DNA of 64,000 nucleotides from Perkinsus olseni (Eukaryota): NCBI GenBank assembly GCA_013115125.1, contig JABANN010000002.1, positions 62,001 to 126,000 of the forward strand, read 5' to 3'. Shown piece by piece: positions 59,344 to 64,000 of this stretch (position 1 is its first letter; each line of letters starts with the position of its first letter). The notes under the pieces were generated by a model. It saw only the letters and a program-made list of their open reading frames with translations, ran no database searches and was not told where the DNA came from. The position numbers and the translations under genes were made by a program.

Positions 59344-62300
59344 ATGGCTTCTGCTGCCGTATCGGCCAAGATCATGGGACCAGCGCGGAAGGAGGCGGCC
59401 CGGCCGGCGAGGGCCCTGCGGAACGCCCTCGCCCCGCCGGATACGGAACTTGGGAAAAGATTGGCCTCAATCGAGCTATCGCGGGTATGAAGCATTTTTC
59501 TCATTATGAGTTCGATTTGCACTCTTCCCTGCTTCAACCTCTCTTTGTATCTTCCCTGCTTCGACCTCGATCTCGTATCCCTTCAGCCACAATCGCATCT
59601 GCATGTCCTCCGGAGTATCGAGCTGTCTGGTCGAGGCCTGTCAGTGGACGAGGCTATCTACGCCCTTCGGATTCTGGCCGCGTCATCGCCAGGAGGCCAA
59701 AAGGTAGTACTGGTGGATTCTTTGCTGTGCGCGTCGGGGGAATCTTAGGCGTTTCCTGTCACGTGTCGAAGTTCCACGAGCAACTGCGCGATGAAATACA
59801 GTGTGCGCAATCTGGAGAGTGGTTCTCCTCTTCAGTCTGTCCTGTTCTACAGTTGATGGATGGCGCCTCAAGGCGAAAAATGCGCGGAAAATTCGGAAAA
59901 TCAGCAAAATTTCCCGGGACGAATTTTAACTATACATATAACGGAGAAAGAGAGGACAAAAACGAAATTCCAGTGAAAGTTGGTAAATTTGAAAATGAAG
60001 CTAGGGAGATGCCTGGGCCTTTGCCGAACCGAACTCATGCTTGCCATCAATTTATCTTCCTGCTCGGCTCGACCGACTCACCCCTGAGGGGTAACCTCTC
60101 TGCAGGAGGGCGTGGGTCGACAGAATTGAATTGGGGAGCCGAACGTGAGGGATAAGGATCGTAGCGCGTTGTTGCTTGTGGGATGTTGCGTATAGCTGGG
60201 GTCGATCAGGTTCGTCGGATAAGTAAGGATATCAAAGACCATCCGGCCTACGAGAATCTTCATGAGAGTATCGTCAAGCAAGCTACGATAATGAAGCCCT
60301 ACGAGGTGGCGTTGGTCTACAATCGGGCTGTGGTAGGGTTCGCTGCATCGCTCCGCTTGATCTATGCTTTTTGTTCCTCCAGTTTCTTCGCCTTTTCCCG
60401 CTTGTTGAGGAGGAGGTTATCAGCGATGTCCTGGACCAGAGTATTGCTCGACTCCAGCCGGACTCCCTCGCTGCGGTGAGTTGGAAGGGAGAGTGGCGCT
60501 CAACAATACCAATAGTCCTGGCCTTTTCCGCGGGCCACAAAATTGATCTGAGGTAGCTGTCTAATGCTAGGGTAGTAGCTTACTTGATTACTCTTTACTT
60601 TCCTGATGGCTCGAGAAAATGCTCAAAAGCTAGGTGTGAGCTGATATCGACGATTAGGCTGGCGGTGATTGGTTGTTGCAGGTTCTCAAGGCCTTGGCGG
60701 AGGTCCGACAGATACCCGAAGAGCGACTCCGGGCGGTGGAGCAACGCCTTCTCGCTGTAATAAGGGGGGTAAATAAGTCCGATATTCGAACGTTTTCGCT
60801 CATATCGTATACCATTGGTTATCTTACAGGTGATACGGCGTGAGGAGGAGTACCGGGATCGAAGGGTGAAGGGGAAAGGGGAGCCCATGGCGATGCCGCC
60901 GCCGAGTCTTGGCATTCAAGTTGCGCTCCATTCTCTGCAAAAACTCGCGGCTATCCATGCCAGTCGGGTTGGGTCTGAGAGCTTGGGAGGGGAATCTACC
61001 GCTCTGAAGGGAGAAAGTGTGACGAGGCAACTTATCGGAGGTAGAGGGAATATCTTTGCGCACAGCGAAGATTCTGTCCTCAGAGTTGGTGAGGCGAGTA
61101 CGGACGATGGCGGCTACTGGCGACCTGGATCCTCATGACATCAGTGCCGCTTATGTGTCGCTTGAGAAGGCCCTGGGCAGGAACAATGCGGCCACGCGAG
61201 AGCTCGAGAGTATCTTAGTGACTCGGTGCGTGGCAAGTTAACCAACCTAAGATATTTGATCCTTCTCAGGGGTCTGTCGGATCTCTCCCAGATGGAACTG
61301 GGCAGACTCGCCGACGTCGTTCACCCGGGTACGCCCTTACAGCGAGCGGTCGTGGACGAGTTCGGCGAACGGCCAAAGCTTTCGAGTACGCTGTAACCAT
61401 TAGAGACGAGAATATCGTTTGTGCTCAGCCGAGGTGGTTGTGCGAGCATTGAAGCTTCTCAAGCGGGTCCAGCCCAGCGTGGAGCTGCCGAGGCGGCCTG
61501 TGGCCAACATCATCAACACCGTTAGATTCTTCTTCGCTTCGCCAGAAAACCAGAAGGCCTGCCGAATTACCGTCACCAATCTGATGCAGTTCATCGCGAA
61601 TATCGACCCGATGCTCGGCAGTGCTCGGGTGGTGGGAACTCTCCTCAGTGAGATGCAAGGTTTTTTTGTCGGGGGATCCGTTGAGCAAATGCAAGATACG
61701 CAAGATTTTCCCTGCGATCTCCTCAGAGCGAGAGCTTCTGTTTTATTAGACGCGGCCATCACTAACGTCGACCGTATCCAGCCCTCCCACCTCCTGAGGC
61801 TCCTCAGCCATCTGCATGAGATCAAATTAACGGAGGTCCATCCTTTTTATCAAGGTGAGGTCAGCTGCCACTCGGGCTGGTTATTCGCTCTCTCCTGATT
61901 GATCATTGATATTCCTTTCATCTGATGAATGGAAGGAGTGGTATGATAAACCATTTTAGGCGAGGAGAATGACAGGTGGTCATCGCCTATGATGTCCTGT
62001 CTGTTCAGATCGCATCGATCGCCTGATCGATAACCTCATCGGCAGGGGTCCGGCGGCCCTGCAGTACCCACTACTCCAGCTGTTTGCCCTGAAGCTGTTA
62101 GCTCTCCTAGAGCGCTACGAGCCCATTTACGTCAAGGGCCTGGCGGAAGTTGTCGTGTCGGATGCCCTCAAGCGAGGGGCCAGCGGCGAGGCGATTCCCG
62201 ATGCCGCCGTCAACGAGGACGAGGAGGACCACGAGGAGTCCTCAACGATACTAGTGCGAGTTCCTAAACACTATGAGAACTACGACAACTTCGTCTTGGC

Positions 62301-63770
62301 GTTCGCCTACCATTTGAAGATGGATCATAACGATGCCATCAAGAGCGATTCGCTGGACACCCTCGTGGAGGAGATCACCACCAGCCCGGAGCGACTACGT
62401 CGACTGACGATGGCTGCCCTGGTATGTGCTGATAAGCTCGGTGTTGGTGATAGGGAGATCATGCAGGAGGCCCTGGCTACTACCCTTCAGGTGAGGGCCC
62501 GGTGAGCCGAATCATGGGAAGAGTAATTCGGAATTACTAATTCCGGAGCGGCCGTGCTGGCCGGTTTCTATGCTCGATAGTAGTGTTGCTAAGGTGGAGT
62601 CAGAAACTCAGAGCTTGAACGCCCTCGTCGAGCTGGCTGAAGCGGCCTCTTCAGTGATCTCAGACTCGACGCGTACTCTTACTGTCGATTCTATTACGCT
62701 AATCGCTTCATTTTCACACTTACTTGCGAAGCCTTCCCTTTGCATTGTTGCACCTGGTTTAGATAGTGCCCGTTTCAGGATACCCCGACCAAGGCTTTGA
62801 TCAACATCGCCGTCAAGCCCACCGCCGCTACTAAGCTTGCGGGCACTGAGGAGGAACAGGAGGCTGGAGCGTTCTCAAGAGGTGATCGAGCCGACGGCCA
62901 TTTCTAACGTCTCGAACTCTTCCTTGCAGAGCTGTTGCTGGACCATGCCATCGGTATCCTCAACGAGAGGGCAGCCACTCTAGACGACCCAATGATGGCT
63001 GTTGATGTGCTGGACCTCTGGTCGCAGTATCCTGATCGGATTCCTGATGACGATGTTTGTGAGAGGTCGCGGAGCGGAAATGGGCGGCCACTTTGGCCGT
63101 TGTCAGTGCACAGCGTGGTGTCCCTCGCTATGAGCCCTCAAGCGATGTCAGTCCGGTATATGAAGATGATTCAGTGTGTTGCTGATATTGGTATCACCAG
63201 AATCGACAGCAGCGCTCATGGGCGAAAACAGGTAGGGTGTACTTCACTTCTACGGGAACGCTCTCCAGGGAGCTCGAGTTCGATAGGGAAATCACTAAAA
63301 CCGGTATACCTCAGCACATACTGCGCGTTTGAGTATGGTATTCATCAAGTATTTACGAACGAGTCTGTTGCTATCAGCCAATCAATCGATCGGCCGTTTC
63401 ACCCATCCGAGGACGCGGGGTTTCAGTGATTTGCGCGTCGGATTGGAACACCCTGCCTGGCTACGGATTTGAATGGAGCTGTCTCGCGGCTCCTTGTCAG
63501 ATTGCGGCCACGCTCTACGCATGGCTGTTGAAGTCCAACAAGCAGTTCAAGAAGGTCCACTTTGGCGTCTTGGCCCACACGCTGGCAAGCACCGCAAAAA
63601 TACACCGCGACTTAGGTGAACCTCGTCTGTTAGTCCTAGTTGTCCGCGAACAGCGCGTGATCTCAGAGGGCGGCCTTCAGCTGGACGCTTGGGCACACAC
63701 CGCTGCACTGCTGGACACCGAAGTTGCCAATGGAGCTTTGGAAGAGGCCGACAACGCCCCTCATCTGTGA
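59344..63770 (+). CDS. Large multi-exon alpha-helical protein of unknown function
   Basis: Series of + strand exons with GT-AG introns (e.g. 61226-61269), running from MASAAVSAKIMG to EEADNAPHL*. No family recognised. Confidence 0.6.
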
Positions 63771-64000
63771 GCCAATTGAGTCAGTCTGTGGAGCTGTGAG
63801 TTCGTTCCAGCTTCGTAGCCATCTACTCTCGCTGTTTTTGCAGCCGTTTGATGATGCTACGTAACTTGGTCTTTGTAATTGACCATGCGACATTTTCTCG
63901 AAGCTTATCGCGGCTTTACACCCTCTGTCTTCCAGTATGAGCGTGCACTGCTTTCAGTGGTATCGTCGTGCCAAGTGATGGTACTCTCAGATACCGGGTC

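Noticed and set aside
63813-63823. Spliced-leader relic (CGTAGCCATCT; weaker matches at ~44076 and ~57183)
   Set aside because: Matches of 11 nt or less, with no full 21-22-nt leader; compatible with chance.

Overview
Gene-dense eukaryotic nuclear DNA with many short (~50-70 nt) GT-AG introns. Gene content and intron style suggest an alveolate, probably Perkinsus; this is an inference. Recognisable genes: SDHAF3, a DUF5672-type protein, a plant-type CCR4 deadenylase, an S10 serine carboxypeptidase homologue with degenerate catalytic residues, a DHX35-like helicase, an SLC37/GlpT-type MFS transporter, Xaa-Pro dipeptidase, a cluster of intronless pepsin-like proteases (two intact, one lacking its second Asp, one pseudogene) and an ITFG1/TIP homologue, plus several unknown genes. 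One intact tRNA-Arg(CCU) lies antisense in an intron, with a decayed inverted copy nearby. The most striking unexplained signal is in the introns. Several consist almost entirely of tRNA 3' halves (T-arm, acceptor strand, oligo-T). Two CCR4 introns are perfectly complementary at their splice sites, in back-splicing/skipping geometry. Many other introns carry palindromes with a single-nucleotide centre or small dispersed repeats. Exon boundaries were read by eye and are approximate where stated.
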